In this document: positions 6,948-17,534 of the stretch, one piece after another | How the letters are laid out: each line of letters begins with the position of its first letter | How positions within the stretch are numbered: position 1 is the stretch's first letter | Assembly: GCA_963666305.1 (NCBI GenBank) | Contig: OY762722.1 | Span: forward strand, 5,378,903 to 5,442,902 | DNA: 64,000 nt | From: Candidatus Poribacteria bacterium | Lineage (GTDB): Bacteria > Poribacteria > WGA-4E > WGA-3G | Direction of reading: 5' to 3' | Made by a program: the position numbers and the translations under genes | Notes under the pieces: generated by a model | What the model saw: only the letters and a program-made list of their open reading frames with translations | The model's database searches: none | Told to the model about the DNA's origin: nothing

Positions 6948-8072
6948 CTAATAATCGGCGAAAGCCCCGTCGTCTGAGTGCCAAAACATTCCACGCAACC
7001 GAAACGTCTCATCTCGAACCGCTTCAATGGCGGCATCGTCCATATCCACACCGAGTCCGGGAGTTGTTGGGAGTTCAATGAACCCATCTTTGAACACCAA
7101 AGGTGTCGAAAATAGCCCTTCTCCGCGTCGGTGTCCACCCTCGCATATCAGCAAATTCGGCACAGTCGCCATTACATGTACCGATGCTGCGACACCGATG
7201 GGACCGGCGGCGTTGTGCGGCGCGACCGCCATATTGTGAATCTCTGCCATCGCTGAAATCTTTTTCAGTTCCAGTATCCCACCACAGTGCCGAATATCCG
7301 GTTGCAAAATCGCGCACATCTCGCGTTCAATTATCTCTCGGAAACCCCAGCGTGTCAAATGTCGTTCACCGGTCGCGATCGGCACCGTCGTTGACTGAGA
7401 CAGTGCCAGTAATGGTTCATTGTTTTCTGGATGACACGGTTCTTCAGCGAACAGCAATCGGAATGGTTCTAATTCTTTCACTACAATCATCGCCATCGTC
7501 GGGCTTAACCGACGATGCAAGTCAACAGCGATGTCCACCTCATCACCTACTGCTGTTCGTACTGCCGCTACCCGCGCCACCATCGTATCAATTGCCCTCG
7601 GTGTGTCCACGAACCGGACAGGTTGTGACGAAGCACCCATTTTCACAGCACGGAATCCGCCTGCAACTGCTTTTCTGGCACTCTCTGCACACGCCTCCGG
7701 TGTAGTGCCGCCGATACCCGTATAGACACGGATCCGCTTACGCACTGAACCTCCCAACAGTTTCCATACCGGCATCCCGACGACTTTACCGAATACATCC
7801 CACATCGCCATCTCAATACCGCTCAGCGCACCGACCAACACGGGCATACCCCGGCTATAACTTGACCGGTACATCGCCTGCCAATGGTCTTCAATCTGTA
7901 GCGGATCTTTGCCAACGAGGTATTCAGCCATGTCGTCCACGGCTTGAGCGACAACGCGCCAATGCTCGTAGTTCATGGGTTCACCGTAGCCGATGATCCC
8001 TGCATCGGTGAACATTTTCAGCACCATTGCGCGACCTTGAATCGGTATTGTTTCAAATCCAGTAATCTTCAT
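6948..8072 (-). CDS. enolase-superfamily dehydratase (D-galactonate dehydratase-like)
   Basis: MKITGFETIP...GIIGYGEP...GIEMAMWDVFGKVVGMPVWKLLGG is typical of the MR/MLE DgoD-like subgroup. Start chosen at the MKITGF Met (8072), which abuts the upstream gene end at 8083. Confidence 0.85.
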   Translation of the reverse strand: MKITGFETIPIQGRAMVLKMFTDAGIIGYGEPMNYEHWRVVAQAVDDMAEYLVGKDPLQIEDHWQAMYRSSYSRGMPVLVGALSGIEMAMWDVFGKVVGMPVWKLLGGSVRKRIRVYTGIGGTTPEACAESARKAVAGGFRAVKMGASSQPVRFVDTPRAIDTMVARVAAVRTAVGDEVDIAVDLHRRLSPTMAMIVVKELEPFRLLFAEEPCHPENNEPLLALSQSTTVPIATGERHLTRWGFREIIEREMCAILQPDIRHCGGILELKKISAMAEIHNMAVAPHNAAGPIGVAASVHVMATVPNLLICEGGHRRGEGLFSTPLVFKDGFIELPTTPGLGVDMDDAAIEAVRDETFRLRGMFWHSDDGAFADY

Positions 8073-8082
8073 AGTTATAGTC

Positions 8083-9147
8083 CTAAACCGGTCGCCACCG
8101 GATGACACAGAAGTGTGAGTTTCCCGTGGCGTTCTCCCATTTGCTAACATCACCGTAGCAAGAGCCGATGAAGGTTAGTATCTCTTCGCCGTCCAAGCTA
8201 ATGTGTCGTGGGAAACCAGCGACATGTCCGTGACAGAGATAATAGACCTCGTCGGACCAACTTTCACCGTTGTCGTCGCTTATCATTGCTCTGCCACTAC
8301 CGAGTTCGCGTGGATAACGGTGATCGTATGCTGCAACGGCGCGACCATTGGAAAGTCCGACCGCTGCCCCATGGCATTGTCCATGCACACTGGTCAGTTG
8401 ACGGAGGTTTGTCCATGTGGCACCGTTGTCCACCGAATCGGCGAGGAAAACGGTTTTGTTTGTGTGGGGTTGATCTGGCGGTCCCGGCTGATACCGAATG
8501 ACAGCGAGTAATCTTCCCGGAAAAAGTTCTGTAATGTTGACTTCGTTGCCGTAGTCCGACAAGAAAAAGCGGTTCGAGAAGGTGTGTCCGTCATCGTCGG
8601 AAACGAAAACATAAGTCGGATTCGTGCCTTCGTAAAACGGATCGTCCCGTCTTTTAATCGGTAGTAGGAGTGTCCCATCGCTAAGTCGAGTCAAGCTTGA
8701 ACCGGCGACGGTTTTCTGAAATGGCGCGACATCTATTTCGCTCGTCTGCTCCCACGTTTGACCTTCATCATCGGACAGCCAGACAGTGATTGCCGATTCT
8801 TCGCCCTGTTGACTCACGTTGATGAGTTGTCCGTGATTATTGGCTTGCAACAACCACCCGTTGAAACCGGAAGCAGACGGATCCGTGCTAAGATGTTCCC
8901 AACTCTTGCCGCCATCTGCAGACTTGGAGATGAGGGTCTGTTGTACTGCATAGATAGTGCTGTCCGGAGTCAGAACGAGATTCAACCCTTGGTAATGCGC
9001 ATGCGGGTCCAAGGGCATACGGATTTTCTCCACTGGAACTTTGTTCAGCACACTATCGCGAGCGTGTAGGATGTAGTCGTCCGCTTGCATCTCGCCTAAT
9101 TGACTTGGAGTGACGACAACGCCTCCTATGTTTTCGGTTGATAGCAT
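8083..9147 (-). CDS. BNR/Asp-box repeat protein (sialidase-like beta-propeller)
   Basis: Five Asp-box motifs: SADGGKSW, SDDEGQTW, SDDDGHTF, SVDNGATW, SDDNGESW. Confidence 0.8.
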   Translation of the reverse strand: MLSTENIGGVVVTPSQLGEMQADDYILHARDSVLNKVPVEKIRMPLDPHAHYQGLNLVLTPDSTIYAVQQTLISKSADGGKSWEHLSTDPSASGFNGWLLQANNHGQLINVSQQGEESAITVWLSDDEGQTWEQTSEIDVAPFQKTVAGSSLTRLSDGTLLLPIKRRDDPFYEGTNPTYVFVSDDDGHTFSNRFFLSDYGNEVNITELFPGRLLAVIRYQPGPPDQPHTNKTVFLADSVDNGATWTNLRQLTSVHGQCHGAAVGLSNGRAVAAYDHRYPRELGSGRAMISDDNGESWSDEVYYLCHGHVAGFPRHISLDGEEILTFIGSCYGDVSKWENATGNSHFCVIRWRPV

Positions 9148-9283
9148 TTGCGGGACTCCTTCTACGGTAAATTTACTCTTGTCTAACGTGGTGAATTATG
9201 TCAAAATGTTCGACACATCCTACTCTGCTAATTTACACTACAACACCGGACAATTCAAGCCATATTTGAAGGAAAGGATAGAT

Positions 9284-9964
9284 ATGAATATATTTGATGC
9301 GACTCGGAAACACTACAATGCAGCTGGTGTCCACCGGACGACTGACCCTGATAACCCAAGATCACAATTTGCCGTTGACAGATATGAAAATCATCTATCT
9401 AAACTGATAAACCCCGGCATGCGCGCCTTAGACTTGGGTTGCAATGCTGGACGATTTACCTTTGCTATGGAAGACATGGGAGCGATAGCAACAGGCATTG
9501 ATTTCGCAGAGATTCCACTCCTCCACGCTAAAAAGGTCGCCGAAAAAAGGAAGAGTCGATGCCAATTCAATATCGGGGATATGGCCTTTTTACCGTACAA
9601 AGAGAATTCTTTCGATCTTGCGTTGCTTCCTCAAAATAATGGTTATTTATCATATCAGACGCTGGAGAGCTTAACAGTTCAACTTAAAGGGATTCTATCG
9701 GAGAACGGTATCTTCGTTGTTATTATGCTTGATGAATTGGTTAAGAGAGCAGGCGAGGAAACCCTTCCAGAGCGATACGATGTCCAGACAGGGCTGATGG
9801 AAGGACATATCACTATTCCCGGCAAAGGAGTTTACGCCTCTCCATGGGTCTTTTGGACAGTTGCTTTTGCCAAGTACATTATTGAGAAGCACCTTGCTTT
9901 AGAAGGGGTAGAACAGATTGAAGAAAATAGATTTATGTTAGTGTTCCAGAATAAAAACGGATGA
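9284..9964 (+). CDS. class I SAM-dependent methyltransferase
   Basis: Motif I LDLGCNAGRF. Start chosen at ATG 9284 (RBS GAAGGAAAGG), which avoids overlap with the convergent upstream gene. Confidence 0.75.
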   Translation: MNIFDATRKHYNAAGVHRTTDPDNPRSQFAVDRYENHLSKLINPGMRALDLGCNAGRFTFAMEDMGAIATGIDFAEIPLLHAKKVAEKRKSRCQFNIGDMAFLPYKENSFDLALLPQNNGYLSYQTLESLTVQLKGILSENGIFVVIMLDELVKRAGEETLPERYDVQTGLMEGHITIPGKGVYASPWVFWTVAFAKYIIEKHLALEGVEQIEENRFMLVFQNKNG

Positions 9965-9979
9965 GGATTGAATAAAATT

Positions 9980-10786
9980 CTAGCCAACCTGACCGATGTA
10001 CAAGATGTGCGCAGCCATGTCCACGATAGCGGGTTCTGTTGCTGTTTCCAAGACTAATTCAATCCAACGTTCCCACTTTGCTGGGTCTTCTGCCACCGTG
10101 TTGGTAGCCTCGGCTAATCCCGTTGAAAGTCCCTCACATCCCACCATCTCCAGTGTGGTCAATCCGCAGGCTTCAGCAAGTTTCTGAAGTTCGGAAGCCC
10201 GAAAAAAATGCCATAGGTTGTCTTGAACGAGATTATTTCCTTTTCCTTCCGTTATTAGCTCCCAGTATTGGGGTATTATCAGTTCTTCACTCGCACGACT
10301 GAGAACCGTCCGCAGCATTGCGAGGTAACCCATAACGCTAATGCAGACGATCACCCCCAGTTTAGCAACCCGAACTAATTCAGAGGTTGCTTGGATTCGC
10401 TCGGTTTCATCACTGATATGTGTTAGCGGACCGCCGAGGCATAGCACAGCGTCAAAATCATTCGTATCAAAGCGTGAAAGGTCTCGGACATCTCCAACAA
10501 CCGATGCGACCAATCGACTCGAAACGGATTTTGGTTCTAACTTGATTTTTTCTTCAGCAAAAGCCGTGTACGTTGGATCAATATCCAAAAGTACGACATC
10601 GTAACCTGCTCGACAAAGTTCGAGGGTATAACGCCCCGGTCCGCCACCTGCATCTAAAATCTTACCCGTCTCAGGCAGGTGTTTCCGAAGGTAATGCATC
10701 GTGACCAAAAACTCCAGCGAGTTATAAGCATCCTTCGCAAGCCGATTCCATTCGCCAATTTCGACTTCATTTTTTTTATTCTTCAT
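9980..10786 (-). CDS. class I SAM-dependent methyltransferase
   Basis: 268 aa; ILDAGGGPGRYTLELCRAGYDVVLLDI motif I/II. Confidence 0.85.
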   Translation of the reverse strand: MKNKKNEVEIGEWNRLAKDAYNSLEFLVTMHYLRKHLPETGKILDAGGGPGRYTLELCRAGYDVVLLDIDPTYTAFAEEKIKLEPKSVSSRLVASVVGDVRDLSRFDTNDFDAVLCLGGPLTHISDETERIQATSELVRVAKLGVIVCISVMGYLAMLRTVLSRASEELIIPQYWELITEGKGNNLVQDNLWHFFRASELQKLAEACGLTTLEMVGCEGLSTGLAEATNTVAEDPAKWERWIELVLETATEPAIVDMAAHILYIGQVG

Positions 10787-11069
10787 TGATTCTATACCCT
10801 AATTAATTTATACTACATTTTGGACAATTCGTGTTGCGCTCAATCTGAGTTTTCAAAGGGCTGTGTATTTTTCTGTGAATTGTCTACATCAATGGCATTG
10901 AGAAAAAATACCATATCGTGATGTGTAAGTTGGGTTGACCTGCAATCCGAGAAACCTTTCTAATGCCTTGAAAAATATCGTCGGGTTTCATTTGCATTTA
11001 ACTCAATCTACTGAAAATTGTTCAAAACATAGTAATTTCAATTGCCTGAAAGGCGCAGGAGATCTGCAA

Positions 11070-11822
11070 ATGCCACAACAGGACGCAATAGCACATCTCG
11101 AAACATTCGGTTATTGTTTGATTGAAGATGCGATCCCTGCATCACAAGCCGATGCAATGGCGGAGAAATACTTCCAGCTTCACCGAAACCCTGCGAATCA
11201 CGCCGCCTTTCAGGATCCGGGTGCCGATCTGTATCAAACCCTTTTCGGGGTAGTCAACCTCGATGAGATGTGTTGGGAATGCATCGCACATCCACAGGTG
11301 CTACAGATTGTCCGCCATTTTCTCGGCGACGGTGCCCGACTGGGTGAGGCGTGTACAAAATGGGTCAAGCCGCGTGCACCACAAGGGGGTATCCATTCCG
11401 ATTCAACGCATGACCTACCAGCGCGTCTACCTGAAACGCCGTGGATGATTAATTCGATTTGGATGATAACGGATTTTACCGTTGAGAACGGTGCCACCCT
11501 TGTTGTGCCATTCAGCCACCGCGCACGGCGTAGACCTTCGGCATCCGATATTGCAGAGAGTCATCCAGTGCCTGTCTGCGGACGGCGCGGTTCCGTATTA
11601 CTATGGCACGGTGGTACATGGCACGGGCAGGGCGCGAACACAACCGACACCCAACATCGCATGGCGTTAAATATCGCCTACTACCCGCCTTGGTGGAATC
11701 TCATGCGTGAGGGTGGTCACCAACCCGTTTTCCCAGAAACGTTTGCACGTATGCCGGAGGACCTCCAAGCACTCGTCCGACATAAGGTGGCGAAACGGCG
11801 TGCGGACATCTATGAGGTCTAA
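11070..11822 (+). CDS. phytanoyl-CoA dioxygenase (PhyH) family Fe(II)/2OG oxygenase
   Basis: FGYCLIEDAI N-terminus, HSDS facial-triad region, WHGQGANTT C-terminal His. Start at ATG 11070 with an AGGAG RBS. Confidence 0.8.
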   Translation: MPQQDAIAHLETFGYCLIEDAIPASQADAMAEKYFQLHRNPANHAAFQDPGADLYQTLFGVVNLDEMCWECIAHPQVLQIVRHFLGDGARLGEACTKWVKPRAPQGGIHSDSTHDLPARLPETPWMINSIWMITDFTVENGATLVVPFSHRARRRPSASDIAESHPVPVCGRRGSVLLWHGGTWHGQGANTTDTQHRMALNIAYYPPWWNLMREGGHQPVFPETFARMPEDLQALVRHKVAKRRADIYEV

Positions 11823-11840
11823 GCTAACCAAACGCCCGCG

Positions 11841-12305
11841 TCATCGTTGCGATGCAGTCTTGAGAATCTCCTTGGTAGCGTCCGAGATATTAAGCGTTGT
11901 GAACGCCGCATCGGACAACGCAACCAAATAGTATGCTTGATGTTCGGTAGGATTAAGTTCGATCTCACCCTCCTCGACCTCAACAATAAAGTTGAAATGT
12001 CTCGTTTTTTTACCGGAACTGGATCTATAATCAAAGGATCCAAGATATTCAAGGACTGATATTACCACAAGCCCTGTCTCTTCCTGCACTTCCCGTGCAA
12101 GTGCGGTGAGTAGGTCCTCTCCGGTCTCCACAGTACCACTCGGAATTTCAACAAATCCGCCCATGAAGTCAGATAGTACTCGCTCCAAAAGCAGGAACTT
12201 GTTATTTTTCGAGATTACCGCACCCACAACCAATTTTTGCACGCCCTCTTTTTGAGAATCGGTGACCAACTGCTGAATGATAGTGGGGTCAATGTTTGAC
12301 TGCAT
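11841..12305 (-). CDS. NUDIX hydrolase
   Basis: Nudix box GGFVEIPSGTVETGEDLLTALAREVQEETGL. Confidence 0.9.
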   Translation of the reverse strand: MQSNIDPTIIQQLVTDSQKEGVQKLVVGAVISKNNKFLLLERVLSDFMGGFVEIPSGTVETGEDLLTALAREVQEETGLVVISVLEYLGSFDYRSSSGKKTRHFNFIVEVEEGEIELNPTEHQAYYLVALSDAAFTTLNISDATKEILKTASQR

Positions 12306-12313
12306 ATTGTGGT

Positions 12314-13567
12314 TTATTTCACCCGTTGTCCGGCTTGAAACACCGCTTTTACTCGGCTAAAGGCATCTACGTCATTTGTCGGATCCCCCTCAAAAGCAAC
12401 GAGATCAGCAATTTTCCCCACCTCGATCGTCCCAATCTCATCTGCCATTCCGATCGCCTCAGCGGAGATACGGGTCGCTGAGATGAGTGCCTCCGCAGGT
12501 GTAAATCCGACTTGAACGAGCAGTTGCAAATCATAATCGAGATGACCGAATGCAAGGTTGCCAACACCTGAATCGGTGCCCGGAACAATCCGATCGCGGA
12601 GTCCATAGTCAAGCATGCGTCGCATCACATCTAAACGGACTTCTGCCCGCGCCTCAAGTCGCTGTAATTCGGTTGCTTCGTCAGCAGAAATCGTATCGGT
12701 GTCACGTTTTCCACGGAGTTCAACGATGCGAGGATAACCCGTCCATGCTTGAAGGGTTGGACTGATCCAGATGCCGGATTCTGCCATCATTTCGGCAATT
12801 TTGGGGTCAAACCGGAGTTCACCGTCTGGGTCGAGAAATTCCGCATGTTCCATCAGATCTATGCCTGCTTCAACCGCTCGCACCATCGATTCTTTCGCCC
12901 GGCAATGTGCTACAGTGAGCCGATGGAAATGGTGCGCTTCATGGACAGCGGCGTGCAATTCGGCGACAGAGTAACTGGCGCGTCCCGGAATCGTTCCGGC
13001 AGTTCCTCCGCCAGATGCCATAATCTTGATGTAGTCTGCGCCTTCGTGAACCAAGCGGCGGACCGAACGTCTCATCTCAGCTTCGCCGTCTGCTGTCTCG
13101 TTACACATGTGGAAATGTCCGCCTGTGCAAGTGATTGGTCGTCCGCTCACTAAGGTGCGGGGACCCGGAATGTAACCGCGTTCAAGCCCTTCCTTGAGCG
13201 TGAATCCTACCATGTTTCTGGCACCGTGTTCACGAAGAGTCGTAATCCCAGCAGCGAGGTGGCGTTGCAGATTCATCGCACCGGTCAGCACCATCATCTC
13301 ATCGGTTTCCGAGAACATCTGTACATAGTTCCGTCCATCGCCTGCGAGGCTCAGATGTGTATGGCCATCGATGAGTCCCGGCGTGATGTACGCGTCTCCA
13401 AGATCAACAACTTCTGCATCGGATGGTGTCTGTTCTGTAATATCTTCCCGATGTCCAACAGCATCAATCCGACCGTCAGTTACAAGAATTGCCTGATCGG
13501 TTTTAGCGTATGTACTTATTCCATCGACGAGCCGACCGGCACGGATCTGGACAGTTTGATTTGGCAT
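12314..13567 (-). CDS. amidohydrolase-family metal-dependent hydrolase
   Basis: 417 aa; ITPGLIDGHTHLSL metal-binding HxH motif; amidohydrolase_1-like layout. Confidence 0.85.
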   Translation of the reverse strand: MPNQTVQIRAGRLVDGISTYAKTDQAILVTDGRIDAVGHREDITEQTPSDAEVVDLGDAYITPGLIDGHTHLSLAGDGRNYVQMFSETDEMMVLTGAMNLQRHLAAGITTLREHGARNMVGFTLKEGLERGYIPGPRTLVSGRPITCTGGHFHMCNETADGEAEMRRSVRRLVHEGADYIKIMASGGGTAGTIPGRASYSVAELHAAVHEAHHFHRLTVAHCRAKESMVRAVEAGIDLMEHAEFLDPDGELRFDPKIAEMMAESGIWISPTLQAWTGYPRIVELRGKRDTDTISADEATELQRLEARAEVRLDVMRRMLDYGLRDRIVPGTDSGVGNLAFGHLDYDLQLLVQVGFTPAEALISATRISAEAIGMADEIGTIEVGKIADLVAFEGDPTNDVDAFSRVKAVFQAGQRVK

Positions 13568-13598
13568 ATATCTAACTCCTTCAGATACTATACTGACT

Positions 13599-14441
13599 TC
13601 AGACTCTTATAACGAATTCGCACCCTTGTTGGAACCATTCCCGCAGGATAGTGTCTTCATTGCAGGTCCGCTTTGCCTGCGAACCTGTCGCCTGTGAGAG
13701 GTCTATCGTTGTCGAAACGATGTCATCTCCGAAAAATCCTGCCTCTTTGATGACATTACCATCTGGATGCACGATCTTCGAGTTGCCATGCGACGATCCG
13801 GGTGAGCGGATGTCATCAGGATTTGCGGGTGTATTCGCCATCAGGAGATAGATACCATTTTCTGTCGCCCGTGAGATCGGCATGGCGCGATAAGCGGAGA
13901 GTTTATATTCCGATAGTAATCCCGCTTCACATGAGCAGAAAATACAGAGTTGCGCACCCATCGCCGCGGGCAATTTGACTAACTCCGGATACCGGACATC
14001 GTGGCAGATGATGAAGCAGCACGCAACACCAGCGAGTTCCACAATCGGTAGCGGGCCACGATTGTTAGTGCACCACTTCTCCCCTGCGAGAAAGGTTTTG
14101 CCGTAACGGTATTTGAGGGTCCCTTGCTGATCAAAGATAGCGAGGTCGTTGTGCCAATTCTCCCCATCGTGATGTGCGGAGCCGACAATAACGGCGATTC
14201 CATGTTGACGTGCCGCTTCGGCAATTTTTGCCTCAGCCTCTTTAAAAACCTGTGGCGAGATGTGTTCCCAATAATCGGTTCGGCAGCAGTAACCGAACAG
14301 ACAGCCTTCCGGGAATGCCGCAATCTGAATCTCCATCTCTGCACACGTTTCGATCTGCTGGAGCACTTTTGCGGTATTGGCGGAAACGTCTTCGCTTGTG
14401 AGCAATTGGCATGCCGCGATCTCCATCTGATTATTAGCCAT
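13599..14441 (-). CDS. carbon-nitrogen hydrolase (nitrilase superfamily)
   Basis: 280 aa; AAFPEG (Glu), a catalytic-Lys region, and ICHDVRYPE (Cys) blocks. Confidence 0.85.
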   Translation of the reverse strand: MANNQMEIAACQLLTSEDVSANTAKVLQQIETCAEMEIQIAAFPEGCLFGYCCRTDYWEHISPQVFKEAEAKIAEAARQHGIAVIVGSAHHDGENWHNDLAIFDQQGTLKYRYGKTFLAGEKWCTNNRGPLPIVELAGVACCFIICHDVRYPELVKLPAAMGAQLCIFCSCEAGLLSEYKLSAYRAMPISRATENGIYLLMANTPANPDDIRSPGSSHGNSKIVHPDGNVIKEAGFFGDDIVSTTIDLSQATGSQAKRTCNEDTILREWFQQGCEFVIRV

Positions 14442-14688
14442 CTGAGTACCTCCCTTTTTATTTCTGCAATTGTAACATACCTATTCGTTTGGTTCAAGCA
14501 CTGCCAACATCTTCAAAACACGAAAACCAATTGACAGGTGCCGAGCAATTTGATATAAAGAAGCAGTCAGTCATCAGCGCTCAGAAGAATACCCATCAGC
14601 AATCAGCTAAAAGGCTTCTGTCAGCGGATCCGCCGACGGTTTCCGACGGCTGAGGGAAACTGATAGCCAATATTAGGAGAGAGACATC

Positions 14689-15849
14689 ATGAAAATCACT
14701 GATATTAAACCGTATCCTGTTTGGGTGGGACACAGAAATCAACATATTGTCAAAGTGGAGACCGACGAAGGTATTTATGGGTGGGGCGAATCTGGACTTT
14801 CGAGTCGAGAATTGGCTGTTGTGGGAGCGGTCAACCACTATCGCGAGTTCCTCATTGGGCGCGACCCGATGCGGATCGGTGGGTTGTGGCAGGAGATGTA
14901 CCGAAGCCAGTATTTCGAGGGCGGTCGGGCATTGACCGGCGCGATCTCGGCGATAGACATCGCACTTCACGATATTGTCGGGAAGGCGTTGAACGTACCG
15001 GTTTATCAATTGCTCGGTGGAAAACTACGCGATGCTGTGCCGTGCTTTGCAACGACGGGTGCGGCTACAGTTGAGGAATTGATTGCGAACGCGAATTTAT
15101 TGCTTGAAAACGGTTGGAACGTCATCCGAACAAATGTCCTACATCGTGCGAAGCCGGGTGAGGAGAACATCTTTGAGCCACGCGAATCCATCAGTCTCGC
15201 GGCAGAATGGTTGACGACACTTCGAGAAGCCATCGGGTCTGAACCTGTCCTCGGCATCGACTATCATCATCGGCTCAGCGTTGCGGAAGCGGCGTCTTTC
15301 TGCCAACGTATGCCCTCTGGCACGCTCGACTTTTTGGAGGAACCGATCCGAGATGAGACCCCTGAGGCGTATGAATCTCTGCGGACGATGGTCGATGTCC
15401 CATTCGCTATTGGCGAGGAATTTTCCAGTAAATGGCAGTTTCTCCCCTATCTGGAGCGCGGTATCACCAACTTCGCTCGACTCGATGTGTGCAACGTCGG
15501 TGGATTAACGGAATCGATGAAGGTCGCTGGTTTGGCTGAGGCGCACTATATCGACCTAATGCCGCACAACCCGTTAGGTCCCATTTGCACGGCTGCGACG
15601 GTTCATCTGGCGGCTGCTGTCACCAATTTTGCCTGGTTAGAAATTCGAGTCTCTCCAACAGAAAAATCTGGACATTACGATGATGATCTGTTTCCAGTAC
15701 AACACAAACTTGACGGCGCAGTTATACCAGTGCCAGACGGTCCCGGCTTAGGTGTTGAAGTTAACGAAGAACTCGTAACGGCACAAACCTTCAAATTCGC
15801 GGAACCGCCACACCTTCGTCGACGGGATGGGTCTCATACGAACTGGTAG
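14689..15849 (+). CDS. enolase-superfamily dehydratase (galactonate/mannonate dehydratase-like)
   Basis: MKITDIKPYPVW...GIYGWGES...AIDIALHDIVGKALNVPVYQLLGG. Confidence 0.85.
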   Translation: MKITDIKPYPVWVGHRNQHIVKVETDEGIYGWGESGLSSRELAVVGAVNHYREFLIGRDPMRIGGLWQEMYRSQYFEGGRALTGAISAIDIALHDIVGKALNVPVYQLLGGKLRDAVPCFATTGAATVEELIANANLLLENGWNVIRTNVLHRAKPGEENIFEPRESISLAAEWLTTLREAIGSEPVLGIDYHHRLSVAEAASFCQRMPSGTLDFLEEPIRDETPEAYESLRTMVDVPFAIGEEFSSKWQFLPYLERGITNFARLDVCNVGGLTESMKVAGLAEAHYIDLMPHNPLGPICTAATVHLAAAVTNFAWLEIRVSPTEKSGHYDDDLFPVQHKLDGAVIPVPDGPGLGVEVNEELVTAQTFKFAEPPHLRRRDGSHTNW

Positions 15850-15944
15850 TGTGCATCTGAGATTGAGGTGATAATTGTGTGTGTACTGTCCGCTATAATC
15901 TGGGGAACCTAATTGAACCAATCTATGAGGGAGCGTATCAATTG

Positions 15945-16874
15945 ATGAAAACGCAAACGGTCAAATATGGAGAAAAAGGTGGGGTCGAGATCATTGATAT
16001 TGATGTATCCGATCCACAGGCTGGTGAAGTGCAAGTTCAGCATGCCGCGTGTGGTGTCTGTGCATGGGACTTAGCGACCTTTCGGGACGGTGGTTACGCG
16101 CCCCCCGGTCATGAAGGCGTTGGTTATGTCACAAAAGTGGGGAGCGGTGTCCGGGATATTGAGGAAGGGATGCGCGTTGCGAGTGTAGAGTTGGGATTCG
16201 ATGGTATCAAGAACTGCCCAACCGAAGACATATATGTCCTTCCAGAATCGGATGTTGCGGATGAATATTGGCTTGTTGAGCCGGTTTCATGTGTTGTAAC
16301 AGGTCTTGACACTGCTCCATTGCGACCTGCTGACAACGTTGCAGTTATCGGTTGCGGTTTTATGGGGCTTATGTTCGTCCAAGCACTGAGTCGATTCTAC
16401 ACGTATGACCTTATCGCCATTGATCTCGTTGAGAAACGTCTGAAACTGGCAAAATCGCTCGGTGCGAAACACACATATAATCCCAAGGAAATTGATGCTT
16501 CCGAGTTGGTATCGGAGCTAAGAACACGTCAAATTGACGTGGTGTTCGACTGTTCTGGCAAAGGTGCGGGGTTAAATCTCGCCACTAAAATTGTTCGCAG
16601 AGGTGGACATATCAATCTTTTCGGTTGTATTCGAGAGCAAGTGACATTCAACGGTTCCGAGTGGCATGGCGGTGCGTTTAACTTGGTAAGTTCGTCGCCG
16701 GGAGCAAAGATTCGGGATACATTTCCACCAGCGATCCGGCTTCTTGAGCGTAGGCATATTGACTTAAAGCCGCTTGTAACGCACGTTGTCGCGCTTGAGG
16801 ATTATCCGGCACTTCTCAAGGAAGCAACGGGCGGAGAGGGTAGTTATATCAAAGGTGTCGTGAAAGCAATGTAA
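15945..16874 (+). CDS. zinc-type alcohol dehydrogenase / MDR-family oxidoreductase
   Basis: CGVCAWD, PGHEGVG and GCGFMGL Rossmann motif. Start at ATG 15945 with a GAGGGAG RBS. Confidence 0.8.
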   Translation: MKTQTVKYGEKGGVEIIDIDVSDPQAGEVQVQHAACGVCAWDLATFRDGGYAPPGHEGVGYVTKVGSGVRDIEEGMRVASVELGFDGIKNCPTEDIYVLPESDVADEYWLVEPVSCVVTGLDTAPLRPADNVAVIGCGFMGLMFVQALSRFYTYDLIAIDLVEKRLKLAKSLGAKHTYNPKEIDASELVSELRTRQIDVVFDCSGKGAGLNLATKIVRRGGHINLFGCIREQVTFNGSEWHGGAFNLVSSSPGAKIRDTFPPAIRLLERRHIDLKPLVTHVVALEDYPALLKEATGGEGSYIKGVVKAM

Positions 16875-16902
16875 TGGAGCCACATTTGGAAAGGAGAACC
16901 TA

Positions 16903-17376
16903 ATGCAGTTTAGATTACGTGAAAAGTTGAAATATATGTTTTTAGGTGGGTTGCTGACCCTTGCGGGTTTTATGTTTGGTAGCATGAGCAGTGAAACTAC
17001 AGCACAATTTGGATACGAAACGATTGATAAACTGACCGTCGGAGAGTTAATCGTGCGTAAGGATATAAGGGTAATGAGTGATGATATGGATCCCCGAGTC
17101 CATATCTCTTGGGACAGAAATGGTGGACGTGTGATCACTTATGGTCCAAAGGGGATGGGTGCCGCTTCTCTTTTGGTTGCCGAGGGTAACGGCGTTGTGA
17201 CAACTCAGGGATCAAAGGAGAAAACCGGTGCTTCTCTCATGGTTAATGAGGGCGGCGGAGTCCTATCACTTTTCGCGCCTGATGGAAAAGCCAGGATTGT
17301 CTTAGGTATATCTGAAGGTGACGGTGTTGCTTACTTAGTCAATAAATTTGATGAAGCGCGCGTATTGAAACCTTAG
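16903..17376 (+). CDS. hypothetical membrane-anchored/secreted protein
   Basis: 157 aa; N-terminal hydrophobic helix FLGGLLTLAGFMF; Gly-rich repeats (NGGRV, GNGVV, EGGGV, EGDGV). Confidence 0.5.
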   Translation: MQFRLREKLKYMFLGGLLTLAGFMFGSMSSETTAQFGYETIDKLTVGELIVRKDIRVMSDDMDPRVHISWDRNGGRVITYGPKGMGAASLLVAEGNGVVTTQGSKEKTGASLMVNEGGGVLSLFAPDGKARIVLGISEGDGVAYLVNKFDEARVLKP

Positions 17377-17463
17377 TTAGCACGTATAAACACTTTAATT
17401 TTCTACACAAATGCTGTCCATACGGGACTAAAGACGTTTTTTGGGTATACACGGTTTGCCTGT

Positions 17464-17496
17464 AAGGTAGGTGCGGTTAGAAACCGCACCTACCTT
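17464..17496. terminator. 15-bp perfect hairpin between convergent genes (REP-like; no U-tract)
   Basis: AAGGTAGGTGCGGTT-AGA-AACCGCACCTACCTT. A degenerate copy of the inner stem lies at 35202-35222. Confidence 0.5.
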
Positions 17497-17534
17497 ATTC
17501 AGACACCTATGAACCAGTATTTATGAGATAGGTT